Assembly (NCBI GenBank): GCA_044235645.1
Contig: JBIIHQ010000003.1
Coordinates: forward strand, 64,320-128,319
DNA: 64,000 bases
Source of the DNA: Bdellovibrionota bacterium
GTDB taxonomy: Bacteria; Bdellovibrionota_C; UBA2361; OMIW01
Reading direction: 5' to 3'
Shown piece by piece: positions 48,418-58,520 of the stretch. Position numbers and translations under genes: made by a program. The notes under the pieces were generated by a model that was not told where the DNA came from, did not search any database, and saw nothing but the letters and a program-made list of their open reading frames with translations. Within the stretch, counting starts at the first letter, position 1. Each line of letters starts with the position of its first letter.

Positions 48418-51400
48418 TTAGTCACCCCCGCCGACAAAATCGGCCGATCCAGCGGAATCGTTTCCGCCGAAGGAACTGGAGAAACCACCACTATCGTACC
48501 CTCCAGAGAACCTCGACCCACTACTTGAGTCCGAGTCGGACCTTGAGTAGCTCGAATAGCTCGAAGTGTACGCCTCTGAGGCACGCTCAGCGTCACGAAT
48601 CGCATCGCTTGCCAAATCTGGAACAGAAGCTACCTTGCGGTGGGCATCCGTTACCAGCGAGCGCGCCGAGTCGTAGTTACCCGACTCGAGGGCCTTTTGG
48701 GCCATCGAGTAAGCCGCCTGATACTCCTTCAGCGAACTGGTCGCGTCTGAGATATCCACCGAGGCATGAGCAAAGTGCTGTCTCTCCGCTCTTTCGATGG
48801 CTTGGTTGGCGGTTTCCTCAAGCTCAATAGCTTCTCGGAGCTTCTCCGAGATATACTGGTACTGCTGCCGGTCGTGCTCGATGGCATCACCGACAGCCTC
48901 CAGCTTGGCACGCAACTCTCCCAGTGAATCGAGGGACTCATAGGGATAATTCGATACCCGCTTTCCGAGTGGATCGAGACGATCCAACAGCCGCTTGACT
49001 TCGTTCTTTGTAATCGAACGAACTCCGACCGTGCGTTTTGCCCGTCCATCGAGTTCCCGAGAAAGCTCGGTTAACTCTTGCAGAACGGACTTACCCTCAG
49101 CGACCTTACTACCAAGGAGCGCGATTATCTCGGGCACCGCGCTGAGATTCGACAGAGCTGTGTCGATCTGTTGTTGGGCCCGAACGAGCAACCGCCCCGC
49201 AGTTATCAAAAGACCGCGACTCATGTCCGAGCGGACATGCTCCGCGCTCTCTTCTGCCGCACTTATCTGAACAAGCTCTTTTTGAAGGAGCTGATCGATA
49301 CAAACGTCAGAATTGATCACCGTGTGGCACGCTCTCCTTTGAGAGACCTCTGAGAAGACATCGTCCGCTTCAGAGACGGGATGTTGGAGAGATTGAGCGA
49401 TGTGATTTGCATCCGCAATCGAAGTACGAAGCCGCATCGCTGCGCCATCGTAGGTAGAAACCACTCTCTCAGCCTCAGCCACTAGGGCATCGGTTTGAGC
49501 GAATAGCTCCCCCACCTGTGCCTCGATCGACACGATGCTATCGACGTCTCCCACGCCCAATGGTTGAATCACCTCGGAAATGAGCCGGGCGATTTCATCC
49601 AAAAGAAGCCGAGGACCAATCTCTGGCTCTTGAAGCACGAGCTCGGGACTACCCGAACCGAAAAGTCCACGCGTAGTGAGCCATGCAAAGATACCCTCTG
49701 CAGCATCAACTACCCGCGTCCTCTTGTCCTCGAGGGTCGTCGGCCACGCTTCGAGCCTTAGACCATTGATCCGCCTTGCTGTTGCAAGGGAGTCAATGAG
49801 TCGCTCCATATCCTCCCTGAGATGCCCGAGGGAACCCTCGATCGACTCATGCGGAGCACGCCGCACTAACGATGCCAGACCTTCGGACTGAGCCCGAACA
49901 GCCTTGGCCACCCAATCAGCGGAGACGCCACTATCTGGAGAAGCAAGCTCTTTAATCGTTTGCTCCATCGCTGGAGCAAGTGATCTGGTGGCAAACTGCG
50001 CTACTGCAATTGCCTGTGAGCCATCGCCAAGAACCCGTTCAGCCGGTTTAAGGTGCTCCTCAAATGCGCCGAGCGCATTATTCGCCGTTCGAGCCCGATT
50101 GGCGGCGGCGAGGTGGCCCGATTCGGGGTGAAGCACTGCGGGAAGAATAGATTCTTCCACGGCCTTACCCGAAAAAAGCCCCTGCCCTGAGCCCGCTTGG
50201 TCCTTGACAGCCGCTTCGAGTTCACGCGCCCGGCCTTCACATGCGCGAATGCCAGACTCGAGCTCACGTTCGGCTTGAGCGAGACGCTTCATCAGCGCAT
50301 CAGCTTCGCGAAAGCTCACCTGAACAGCCTCGACCAATTCGGTGATCGACAGTTGGCGATCTTCGGCACTCCCAATCGCGACCTCATACCCGGAGTTGAG
50401 ACCGGAAGAGGACATCAGGAGACGCTGAATTTCCTCACGGGAAACCGTCAAGGAGACGTCGCCCGCCGTCAGACGTACGACATATCGCGGTCCGAAAGGG
50501 AGAAAGTGATGTTGCACCCAACCCAAACCGCGAGCATCGAGAACAGTAGCAGCCGCAAACAGGTACTTCTGCAAGGCCACCGTCTGCTCGAGAAGCTGGT
50601 CAGTGAGATGGCGCAACCGATCGGCCTCCGCCTTCTGCCTCCCCGTGGCATTGAGAGCCACAAAGGTCGACTGCTCAAGGAGATCCATGATCCTCTTGAC
50701 GGCGCTATCGATATCCTCTCTCTTCGCCGCTACCTCAGCACTCGCCTTGAGGCGAAGCTGCCGTGTAAGAGCGGCAGAGAACAAGATACCTGCAGCGATA
50801 CTCGCCAGAAGCGCGCGAGACACAAACAACCAGAAAACTCTGGCCGCAATCTCGCGATCCAACGGCGCACGATAGATAGCAACCTCCTTCGCGACCGCCT
50901 CAGCAGCAGTAACTGCCTCAGTTGTCGCACTAATAGAGGTTGCGCCATCAACGAGACGTTGTGCGTCATTGAGACGGCTCGCCCAGGCGGAGACAACCGA
51001 ATCGGAATAGCCGGGTGGCACGAAGTCCTCCCGCTTAATCCGCTCCTGAAGTTCCTGAACAGCTCGCCGAGCCTGGCTTACCGTGTCACCAGCAGCTTTG
51101 ATGGTCGCTTTGTTATCAGCGTCCACCGCCTGCTGCATTCGGGACCCGATTTCGCCGAGCGCCTCTTGCACCGACGTGCCCTTGCTTCTGAGCGCCTTGT
51201 AACTAGAGAAGGCATTCTCGTTTGAATACCCCACCTGACGAAGCCGCGGAGCGGTGTGGAGCTCCAAATACCCCCCGCCGTTCTCGATTTCGTCAATCCG
51301 GATAGCAGCAAAGCCACTCGGAATTCCCGTGAAGGGATCCACGAAACTCCGTCGAATGAACTCGCTATTTTGGAGCAATAATCCAAGGTTGTTGACGTCT

Positions 51401-51678
51401 GTTTCGTGATCTCTCGATTTCTCGACTACCACGAGCACAAGATTAGGCGCCCGAGCGATGAGAGCTTGGTACTCCGGAATCCCTGCCGGATTCCCGACCA
51501 CGTATAGCCTTCCTCCACTCTTGAGGGCAGTTCGCAAGTCATTGACTGTCTTCAGATAACGAACCGAGGCCACACCATCAAGGGCAGCCACCCCTCCCAC
51601 CGCTGGGTTAGCGACCGCCGGAAGCTGCGGAATCATGAAGATTCCCGCCGCTACAAGCGCGATGACAATCGTTCTCAT
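48418..51678 (-). CDS. Giant membrane protein. Signal peptide, then a TPM-like (YgcG/PF04536-type) periplasmic domain, one TM helix, a ~750-aa coiled-coil region, and a Gly/Ser-rich C-terminal tail.
   Basis: Start moved to MRTIVIALVAAGIFMIPQLPAVA (ATG 51678). TM VFWLFVSRALLASIAAGILFSAALT. Heptad-rich helical sequence throughout. C-terminal SGGYDSGGFSSSFGGNDSAGSADFVGGGD resembles the glycine-rich tail of TPM-domain proteins. The N-terminal domain shows only weak TPM resemblance (YLELHTAPRLRQVGYSNE). Confidence 0.5.
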   Translation of the reverse strand: MRTIVIALVAAGIFMIPQLPAVANPAVGGVAALDGVASVRYLKTVNDLRTALKSGGRLYVVGNPAGIPEYQALIARAPNLVLVVVEKSRDHETDVNNLGLLLQNSEFIRRSFVDPFTGIPSGFAAIRIDEIENGGGYLELHTAPRLRQVGYSNENAFSSYKALRSKGTSVQEALGEIGSRMQQAVDADNKATIKAAGDTVSQARRAVQELQERIKREDFVPPGYSDSVVSAWASRLNDAQRLVDGATSISATTEAVTAAEAVAKEVAIYRAPLDREIAARVFWLFVSRALLASIAAGILFSAALTRQLRLKASAEVAAKREDIDSAVKRIMDLLEQSTFVALNATGRQKAEADRLRHLTDQLLEQTVALQKYLFAAATVLDARGLGWVQHHFLPFGPRYVVRLTAGDVSLTVSREEIQRLLMSSSGLNSGYEVAIGSAEDRQLSITELVEAVQVSFREADALMKRLAQAERELESGIRACEGRARELEAAVKDQAGSGQGLFSGKAVEESILPAVLHPESGHLAAANRARTANNALGAFEEHLKPAERVLGDGSQAIAVAQFATRSLAPAMEQTIKELASPDSGVSADWVAKAVRAQSEGLASLVRRAPHESIEGSLGHLREDMERLIDSLATARRINGLRLEAWPTTLEDKRTRVVDAAEGIFAWLTTRGLFGSGSPELVLQEPEIGPRLLLDEIARLISEVIQPLGVGDVDSIVSIEAQVGELFAQTDALVAEAERVVSTYDGAAMRLRTSIADANHIAQSLQHPVSEADDVFSEVSQRRACHTVINSDVCIDQLLQKELVQISAAEESAEHVRSDMSRGLLITAGRLLVRAQQQIDTALSNLSAVPEIIALLGSKVAEGKSVLQELTELSRELDGRAKRTVGVRSITKNEVKRLLDRLDPLGKRVSNYPYESLDSLGELRAKLEAVGDAIEHDRQQYQYISEKLREAIELEETANQAIERAERQHFAHASVDISDATSSLKEYQAAYSMAQKALESGNYDSARSLVTDAHRKVASVPDLASDAIRDAERASEAYTSSYSSYSRSDSDSSSGSRFSGGYDSGGFSSSFGGNDSAGSADFVGGGD

Positions 51679-52115
51679 AACCTTTTTTAAACCGAACCGT
51701 TTGAAGGTACCACATTCACACGAGCCACAGCAAAACACCGGAAAACTCTCCCAAAGAGCCAAGAGCTGAGGCCGATCGTTTGATGTTCAGAGAGATTGAG
51801 AAAGGGTATCGTTACGCGGGGTAGGAGGGGTTGATATTTCTCACTCTACCGCAACCGTCGGGAGGCACCCATCTCTTTTTAAGCCGAAAAATCAATATAT
51901 TCGACTCGCTCGCCCACTTCCTTGCGCCGCCGAAGGGTTGTTCTGCATGAACTACCGACCGAAGACTTCTATACCTCTTAGTTTGGGGGTGAGGCGCGCC
52001 GAATCTTCGCGTGAACGTAGAGAATGGGATGTTTGGGATTACTTGAGGGCTCGCAGCCAAACCCGAACATATGAGCTCATCAACATCAACGAGAGCGAAG
52101 AGCGACAGTATAGGA

Positions 52116-52481
52116 ATGTGGCTCATTGACACCTATATCGGGCAAAGCAATGTTCACGGCCTTGGATTGTTTACCAAGGTTCCCGGTCAGAGAGTCGAGG
52201 TTATCTCGCGCTTTGATGCGGCCAATGACCGGATGTTTACACCGCCGCAGGTGGCTACTTTACCCCGGGCAATCAGGACGTTTATCGGCTTACGAGCCTT
52301 CCGAGATAAACGGACGGGTACCTACTTCCTGGGCGGTGACTACGAGATGCTCCCGATGGACCGCTCCCCGATCGTGCAGCCGATCACAATACCCTGTTAC
52401 CAGGAGCCTGAGCCTCATGGCCGAACCTTTTCGCCTCAAAGGTGCAGAGGTTCGGGGGCACCGAGCGGTCCTCTTCGTTGA
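52116..52481 (+). CDS. Hypothetical small protein (weak SET-like N-terminal resemblance only).
   Basis: MWLIDTYIGQSNVHGLGLFTKVPGQRVEVI... looks protein-like, but no diagnostic motif. Coordinates and reality are uncertain. Confidence 0.25.
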   Translation: MWLIDTYIGQSNVHGLGLFTKVPGQRVEVISRFDAANDRMFTPPQVATLPRAIRTFIGLRAFRDKRTGTYFLGGDYEMLPMDRSPIVQPITIPCYQEPEPHGRTFSPQRCRGSGAPSGPLR

Positions 52482-52829
52482 TCGGCTGGGCGGCCTCCGG
52501 TGTTCCCCGAACATCAATCCCTCAGCGGTATAGAGAATGGCTCTCAATAGGTGGCAATCTACTCCTTTAAACGAGCTTTGCGTATGGGGTCGCGGACCCT
52601 GATTCGGAGGGCGGTGGAAGCGGAGCTAGTGGAAGACATAGAACCCTCGAACTGCGGTGGTGCGCAACGGCTATCAGCCTGAATGACCGATTCAGAGGGG
52701 TACAGTCCCGATTATCATGAGGATACCGACAGTGATCCCCAAACACGGGCTGCTCTCACTCCCGGCGAATTAACAACAGGAACACACCGCAATCACCTCC
52801 GAGGCTGTGATTCACCGACCCCCTCCCCA

Positions 52830-53348
52830 TCACCACGCAACCACATCCCCCACCGCAATTCCCCGCTCCGCCGCTACACCGGAGGCAAGCTCAACCACAT
52901 ACCGACTCGCTACCCCTGGCACCGAGCGGGGTTCTTCGTTCATCGGAGGGACGGCGGCGAGTATTCCCTGCACCTTTTTCTCGGTGCTGATGAAGATCAT
53001 GTCGAGGGGAATCTTGGTGTTCTTCATCCAGAAGGAGCGGGGCTCTTCCTCGTCGAAAATAAAGAGCATCCCTCCTGTTTGCGGAAGCGAATCACGGAAC
53101 ATCAACCCCCGCTGGCGAAGCGGCTCGGTGTCGGCCACTTCGAGGGAAAACCGGCCACGCTCAGCACCATCCGGCGCAGCAAACGAAACCTCAACGACCG
53201 GATTGCGTGGTCGTGGCCCGCCACATCCAGTGAGAGAAAAAGGAATCGCGATAAGGAATGCTATCGCAAAGGCAACGGGCACATAGCGGGGCGTGACCCG
53301 TCGCGACGCTCGAGGCATCGCCGGAGCGATGGACTGTATTGTCCTCAT
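52830..53348 (-). CDS. DUF192-family secreted or lipoprotein.
   Basis: Signal peptide plus possible lipobox LTGC. LMFRDSLPQTGGMLFIFDEEEPRSFWMKNTKIPLDMIFI matches the DUF192 core. Confidence 0.6.
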   Translation of the reverse strand: MRTIQSIAPAMPRASRRVTPRYVPVAFAIAFLIAIPFSLTGCGGPRPRNPVVEVSFAAPDGAERGRFSLEVADTEPLRQRGLMFRDSLPQTGGMLFIFDEEEPRSFWMKNTKIPLDMIFISTEKKVQGILAAVPPMNEEPRSVPGVASRYVVELASGVAAERGIAVGDVVAW

Positions 53349-53548
53349 AATCCGTCTCCTTCGTAATTTGGGAAGCCCTAAAAAAAGCCCACGCTCGCAA
53401 GAGGAGGCGTGATTGTGCCGATTTGAACATCTTTCAGGGCTTTGAGTTGCACGGCAGTATCGAGATACGGTGAGTGCATCGAATGACCAAAATGGCTGCC
53501 AAAAATGAGCAGGCGCAGATCGCAGAGAATGTTTGCTCTTAATTCAGG

Positions 53549-54535
53549 TTACCCCTTCACCCCCTTAATAGCAGCGGTCAGCGCGGGCGCGGCTTCGAAG
53601 AGGTCAGCCACAAGGCCGTAGGTCGCTACCTCGAATATCGGAGCCTCGGGATCTTTGTTGACTGCGACGATGACCTTTGAATCTTTCATCCCCGCGAGAT
53701 GCTGAATCGCTCCCGAGATGCCAACCGCGACATACAGCTGCGGGGCGACTACTTTGCCTGTCTGTCCTACCTGCCAGTCGTTGGGGGCGTACCCGGAATC
53801 GACAGCGGCTCGCGAGGCCCCAACCGCAGCCCCGAGCACATCAGCAAGTGGGTAGATGATCTTTTCAAAGTTCTCGGCGGACCCCACCGCCCGGCCACCG
53901 CTGACGACGACCGCAGCTGATGAAAGCTCGGGTCGCTCCGATGCCGAGAGCTCGTACCCGACAATCTCCCCTCGTTCAGGGAGTTCTCCAACGGAGGCCA
54001 GCTCCTCTATCGCAGCAGCTCCCCCCACGGTTGGCACGGGTGCGAATGCGGAAGCACGGACGGTGACGACCTTCGCTGCAGTGGTAATCTCAACATCGGC
54101 GATAACATCCCCGGCATACATCGGACGTCGGAGGGTGCCATCAGTGTTGACGCCGATGATATCTGATGCCTGTCCTGCATCAAGGAGGGCAGCAACACAC
54201 GGCGCGAGATCTTTACCAGTGCTCGATGCGCCACAGAAGAGGGTATCAGCGCCAATCTGCTTCATCGCAGAAACGACTACCGCTGCATATGTTCGAGCCC
54301 GGTATCGGGCGACCGCGGGGGTATCGTACCAGTGCACCTTCGCAACGGGCGATCCTGATAACCGGCTCGCCGCGCTTTGTGCCCCTTGGCCGACAAGGAG
54401 CAGGTGTACCGCACCACCGCCGGTCACCGCCGCGAACTCACCGGCCGCCTGGACCGCACAGAGCGAGCCTTTGGTGATCGCCGTAGACCCATCTGGCTGG
54501 GAAGCGATATCTCCCACTACTACGATCGTGCCCAT
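53549..54535 (-). CDS. etfA: Electron transfer flavoprotein alpha subunit.
   Basis: N-terminal Rossmann-like domain and C-terminal FAD-binding region ([45 protein letters not shown]). Confidence 0.85.
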   Translation of the reverse strand: MGTIVVVGDIASQPDGSTAITKGSLCAVQAAGEFAAVTGGGAVHLLLVGQGAQSAASRLSGSPVAKVHWYDTPAVARYRARTYAAVVVSAMKQIGADTLFCGASSTGKDLAPCVAALLDAGQASDIIGVNTDGTLRRPMYAGDVIADVEITTAAKVVTVRASAFAPVPTVGGAAAIEELASVGELPERGEIVGYELSASERPELSSAAVVVSGGRAVGSAENFEKIIYPLADVLGAAVGASRAAVDSGYAPNDWQVGQTGKVVAPQLYVAVGISGAIQHLAGMKDSKVIVAVNKDPEAPIFEVATYGLVADLFEAAPALTAAIKGVKG

Positions 54536-54627
54536 GACCTTTCTCCCCTATGTTAAATCCCTTCTCTATCCCTGTTTTGGAAAACTTTTACCCGTTCCCC
54601 AGCCAGCACCTTACTCATCATGAGGCC

Positions 54628-55383
54628 CTACAGCACCTTGGCCTCTTCCTGAAGCACCCGCACCAATTCAGCCACATCGGCGACCTTGCGCCCTGCACCC
54701 CGCTTCGGCGGGAGTGAGAGCCGACGTATCCGCACCGCAGTGGTCGGTGCCACTGAGAGCTGCTCAAGCGTGAGCTGCTCGACCGGCTTCTTCTTCGCCT
54801 TCATGATGCCGGGCAACGATGCGTACCGAGGTTCGTTCAGTCGCAGGTCGGTGGTCACCACCGCCGGAAGGGGAATTCGCACCGTCTCAAGCCCTCCATC
54901 GACCTCTCGAGTCACAACCGCAGCACCCCCCTCGACCAACAATCTCGATGCAAAGGTCGCTATTGAGCGGTCAAGGCGCATCGCGAGGAGCTGGCCGGTC
55001 TGGTTCGCATCAGAATCGATCGATTGTTTACCGAGAATGATCAAGGGATATTCAGCTCGGGTTGCAACCGCAGCGAGCACCCGAGATGCGAGGTCAGAAT
55101 CGAGCTCGTCATTGAACACAACGTGAATCCCGCTATCGGCTCCCATCGCCATCCCGTACCTGAGCTGCTGCTCCGCCGCTTCGGGACCGATTGTTACGAC
55201 GATGACCTCAGTCGCTACGCCGGCTTCTTTGAGCCGTAACGCCTCTTCAACCGCGATCTCATCAAACGGATTTGCTATCCACTTAATGCCATCGGTTTCG
55301 ATGCGCGAGCCATCTGCCGCAACCTTTACCTTCACCGCGTAATCAGGAACCCGCTTGATCGGAACAAGAATCTTCATAATCAC
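54628..55383 (-). CDS. etfB: Electron transfer flavoprotein beta subunit.
   Basis: MKILVPIKRVPDY...NPFDEIAVEEALRLKE...TGQLLA is typical of EtfB. Sits immediately upstream of etfA. Confidence 0.85.
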   Translation of the reverse strand: MIMKILVPIKRVPDYAVKVKVAADGSRIETDGIKWIANPFDEIAVEEALRLKEAGVATEVIVVTIGPEAAEQQLRYGMAMGADSGIHVVFNDELDSDLASRVLAAVATRAEYPLIILGKQSIDSDANQTGQLLAMRLDRSIATFASRLLVEGGAAVVTREVDGGLETVRIPLPAVVTTDLRLNEPRYASLPGIMKAKKKPVEQLTLEQLSVAPTTAVRIRRLSLPPKRGAGRKVADVAELVRVLQEEAKVL

Positions 55384-55482
55384 CCCCCCCTCACCAATAC
55401 CCCATCGCGGGGGTATCTTCGTACCCCACCCCTATTATACCACTAGACGGCAACACATTTCACGAAACTGCCTATTTCAGGG

Positions 55483-56292
55483 CTATCGCTGCGCGCCACC
55501 TATCCGATGCACCCCCATATAGAGCACAAAGACGACAGCCGAGACGAGCGCAATCGTCGCACCTGGCGGCGTATCACACAACACCGAGAGTACCACTCCA
55601 CCGAGGGAAACCCCAACCCCTACAGCGGCTGAAACGGCGAATGCTGTCCTGATATCAGCAACCGCGACGAGTGCGATTGAGGGTGGCACCACAAGCAGAG
55701 ATGAAACAAGGAGAACACCGACCGCTTTTGATGCAATCACGACGGTGCATGCTATCGAAAGGTCGAGAATAAGAAGATACCTCCGCGGGCGAACCCCAGT
55801 CACCGCAGCGAACTCCTCGTCGACCGCAACAAGCACCAATTCTTTGTGAAGAAGCGATATCAAAATCAACAGAACCGCGGCGATTGCAGTCACTGTCCCC
55901 ACATCCTGCCAACTCAAGGGAAGCAACGATCCAAAGAGGGCACCGGTTAATGCACTCCCCGGTTGTTTGCTAAGAAGAACAAACCCGAGTGCCATACTGC
56001 CAGTGAACAATACGGCGAGCCGCGCATCCTCTCGCAATTTCCCCCCACTCCCGAGCACTGAAATCGATGCCGCAAGAAGGCAGGCATAGCCGGTTGCCCC
56101 CCACAGGGGTGGAAGACTGAGAAGCTGGGCGAGCCCCGCACCCGCGAGCGACGCATGCGACAACCCATCACCCGCAAACGAAATACCTCGCACGACAACG
56201 TACACCCCAACGACAGCGCACAATACCGCCGCAACCGCCGCAACAAGGCACGCCCGCACGACGTAGGTGTCGCTCAATAGCTCGAGTACCAT
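55483..56292 (-). CDS. Metal (Zn/Mn-type) ABC transporter permease (ZnuB/MntB-like). Start re-assigned to ATG at 56292.
   Basis: ~270 aa with 8-9 TM helices. ATG 56292 is preceded by GAAGGAGA and begins MVLELLSDTYV. The longer ORF-track N-terminus overlaps the ATPase gene and is arginine-rich, so it is likely untranslated. Confidence 0.75.
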   Translation of the reverse strand: MVLELLSDTYVVRACLVAAVAAVLCAVVGVYVVVRGISFAGDGLSHASLAGAGLAQLLSLPPLWGATGYACLLAASISVLGSGGKLREDARLAVLFTGSMALGFVLLSKQPGSALTGALFGSLLPLSWQDVGTVTAIAAVLLILISLLHKELVLVAVDEEFAAVTGVRPRRYLLILDLSIACTVVIASKAVGVLLVSSLLVVPPSIALVAVADIRTAFAVSAAVGVGVSLGGVVLSVLCDTPPGATIALVSAVVFVLYMGVHRIGGAQR

Positions 56293-56320
56293 AGGTGCAT
56301 CTCCTTCACTCGCCCGTGAC

Positions 56321-57238
56321 TTATCTCTTTTCCGATTTCTCCCGACCCGGTGCGCACACCCCTGCATCGACATGACGGTGAGGATGGTGATGGTGCTCTT
56401 GCGGGTGGGGATGATGGCTGTGCGGATGGTGACCCCACGAACTCTCACCATGCGAGAGATCACAGTGCATAAACGGCTGCGCATCACCGCCGTACATCTG
56501 TGCCATCGCCTCAGGGGAGAGCGCCTCCGCGGGACGACCATGAGAGACGAGCGTCCGATGCAGACAAAGAACAGCATCGACGGCATCACTGACAACCGAC
56601 ATATCATGAGTCACAAACAGGATTGTCATCCGCTCCTTGAGCCGTTCAAGAAGCGACAGCAGTGACCCCTTCACCCCGACATCAATTCCCGAGGTTGCTT
56701 CATCAAGCAACAGGAGACGGGGATGACGGACCAGCGCACGCGCGATGTAGACCCGCTGCAATTCTCCCCCCGACAGCGACCGCACATCATCACCCTCACG
56801 ACCTCCAAGCTCGACCTCCTCAAGGACGGCCCCAACCCGGGCCCGCTCCGCACTCCCCACCCGCCGAAACGGTCCAACGATACCGGTAAGTCCCATCACC
56901 ACCGCGTGAGCGACCGAAAGGGGAATGTGAGGCTGAGCGATAACCCGCTGGGGGACGTATCCCACGATATCGCGACACGATTCGGGAGATTTTCCATCGA
57001 AGAGTACCGCCCCTCCCTCGCGCCGTTCGAGACCGACAAGCACCCGGAGGAGGGTCGATTTTCCTCCCCCATTAGGGCCAAAAAGAAGATTCAGGCTCCC
57101 CGGCTCCAGCCTAAACGACACAGCTTCGAGAACCTCCTTACCCAGGCGACGCACCGAGACGTCGATGCAATCGACAGCAACTCCCCCCGAACTTCTGCTG
57201 CCGACAGTATCTGCCCCGACGGATGTCGATGATGTCAT
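56321..57238 (-). CDS. Metal ABC transporter ATP-binding protein with a His-rich C-terminal tail (ZnuC-like).
   Basis: Walker A GPNGGGKST, signature LSGGELQR, Walker B LLLLDEATSGID. C-terminal HHPHSHHPHPQEHHHHPHRH. Confidence 0.8.
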   Translation of the reverse strand: MTSSTSVGADTVGSRSSGGVAVDCIDVSVRRLGKEVLEAVSFRLEPGSLNLLFGPNGGGKSTLLRVLVGLERREGGAVLFDGKSPESCRDIVGYVPQRVIAQPHIPLSVAHAVVMGLTGIVGPFRRVGSAERARVGAVLEEVELGGREGDDVRSLSGGELQRVYIARALVRHPRLLLLDEATSGIDVGVKGSLLSLLERLKERMTILFVTHDMSVVSDAVDAVLCLHRTLVSHGRPAEALSPEAMAQMYGGDAQPFMHCDLSHGESSWGHHPHSHHPHPQEHHHHPHRHVDAGVCAPGREKSEKR

Positions 57239-57253
57239 GGTTCCTCGTCTTTT

Positions 57254-58273
57254 CTATCGCGCTTGTTGACTCGCTACCCGCAATCCCTGGATCGCCTCGG
57301 CGAGAAAGGTTCCATAATCAGCCGCCCGCCACCCGAGAGAATCGACCACAACGGGTCGTAAGCCCAGCTCATCGGCAAGCTGGGAAACCTCGGGAGCGCC
57401 GACATGGAGCGGCTCAACAATCAGTGAGCTCGTCCCCTCCTCGTCCCTCACCCGTCGAGCATCTCGCAGCAACCCCCAGCTCCGAGCTTTTGTTTCACAC
57501 TCGGCGAACCCCCCAATCTCTGACAAGCCGAGGTGAGATGCAAGCTGCCCCCAAACGAGATGATACGAGATAATATGGCGCTGGGGAGTTTCACGAGCAC
57601 TCGATCCCGGCCCTGAAATCTCCGCGATGCGGGCCGCAACCGCCCGCCCCCGCGCTCGCACCATCGCGCATCGCTCGCCATATGCCCCCTGCCCTTCTGT
57701 TCCTCCCAATCGTGCCTTTGTCGAATCGCCCACGACGGCTCCCCGCTTCTCACTGTCGAGGGCGCACAAGCGCTCGGCTATCTGCTCCGCAACACGAGCC
57801 ATCACCATCGGCTCAAGCCACAACGACGCTTCCGTCGGCGGAGCATCCCTTCCCTGCTCATGGGCGAGCATTATCGCCACCTCCTCCGCCACAACGACCC
57901 GCCCCCTGACCGCGGCACGCTGCGACCATCCATCAACCCCCGCCCCGTTCACCACAACAAGGTCGGCCGCCACCAACGACCGCAACACCGAGGGGGTCGG
58001 CTCAAAATTGTGGGGATCGACCCCCTCACCGATAAGGGTTGTCACCACGACCCCGTCCCCACCGATCTCTTTGACGAGGAGCGCCAGCGGGTGAACCGAC
58101 GCGACCACCGAGAAGGGGTGCCGAGACGAAATGGGCGTGGAAGAAACAAGACTCTCATCGTTTGCACGCGCTTCTTGATGAATAGGTTCCTCACCATCCG
58201 CAGAAAAACCATTCACCGCCCAGAGGCAAAAAACAGCAAGTATCAGTCGTGATCTGTTCGAATTAGAAATCAT
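57254..58273 (-). CDS. Metal ABC transporter periplasmic substrate-binding protein (cluster-9 TroA/ZnuA/MntC-like). Start moved to MISNSNRS.
   Basis: Signal peptide LILAVFCLWAVNGFSA. TroA-like two-domain pattern with conserved His/Asp positions. No long His-rich loop, so the metal is unassigned. Confidence 0.7.
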   Translation of the reverse strand: MISNSNRSRLILAVFCLWAVNGFSADGEEPIHQEARANDESLVSSTPISSRHPFSVVASVHPLALLVKEIGGDGVVVTTLIGEGVDPHNFEPTPSVLRSLVAADLVVVNGAGVDGWSQRAAVRGRVVVAEEVAIMLAHEQGRDAPPTEASLWLEPMVMARVAEQIAERLCALDSEKRGAVVGDSTKARLGGTEGQGAYGERCAMVRARGRAVAARIAEISGPGSSARETPQRHIISYHLVWGQLASHLGLSEIGGFAECETKARSWGLLRDARRVRDEEGTSSLIVEPLHVGAPEVSQLADELGLRPVVVDSLGWRAADYGTFLAEAIQGLRVASQQAR

Positions 58274-58520
58274 ATACTCCTTGGCCCGCAACAACGACCG
58301 GCATTTTACGATACCCTTTGCCACGCCGTGGGGGTCATTCGCGAGATACCACGAGAGGCTCGGAGGAAGTACAGCCCCGGATGGTTCAAGCATCCTCGTC
58401 CCACATCCCCCGCTTCATCACCTAATCGACTCTGACCTGCGAGGTTCTGCCGTGCGAGACCGTCATCGTTCAAGCCGTTTCTCCCCCCGTTCATCTCGGG
58501 CAAAAGCGTCCCGCATCGGA

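Noticed and set aside
47870-48421. Two plus-strand ORFs (86 and 82 aa) between rho and the upstream gene
   Set aside because: They are low-complexity and Arg/Gly-rich, lie antisense to the rho leader, and the second runs straight through the strong terminator hairpin. They are more likely non-coding.
50197-51225. 342-aa ORF antisense to the giant coiled-coil gene
   Set aside because: It is Arg/Leu/Ser-rich, a typical antisense artefact of a GC-rich coding region. The sense frame has clear domain logic. The same reasoning applies to the other antisense ORFs: 11360..11740, 11734..12360, 16710..17120, 29484..30103, 53856..54623 and 54686..55126.
52071-52533. Possible SET-domain methyltransferase
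   Set aside because: Only the N-terminal G.GLF...G motif resembles SET. The NHSC/PN core motifs are absent in all frames. It was left as a low-confidence hypothetical.
55483-56607. Long N-terminal extension of the ABC permease ORF (first 105 codons)
   Set aside because: It overlaps the ATPase gene in another frame, is Arg-rich, and a good SD plus ATG at 56292 gives a standard 270-aa permease.
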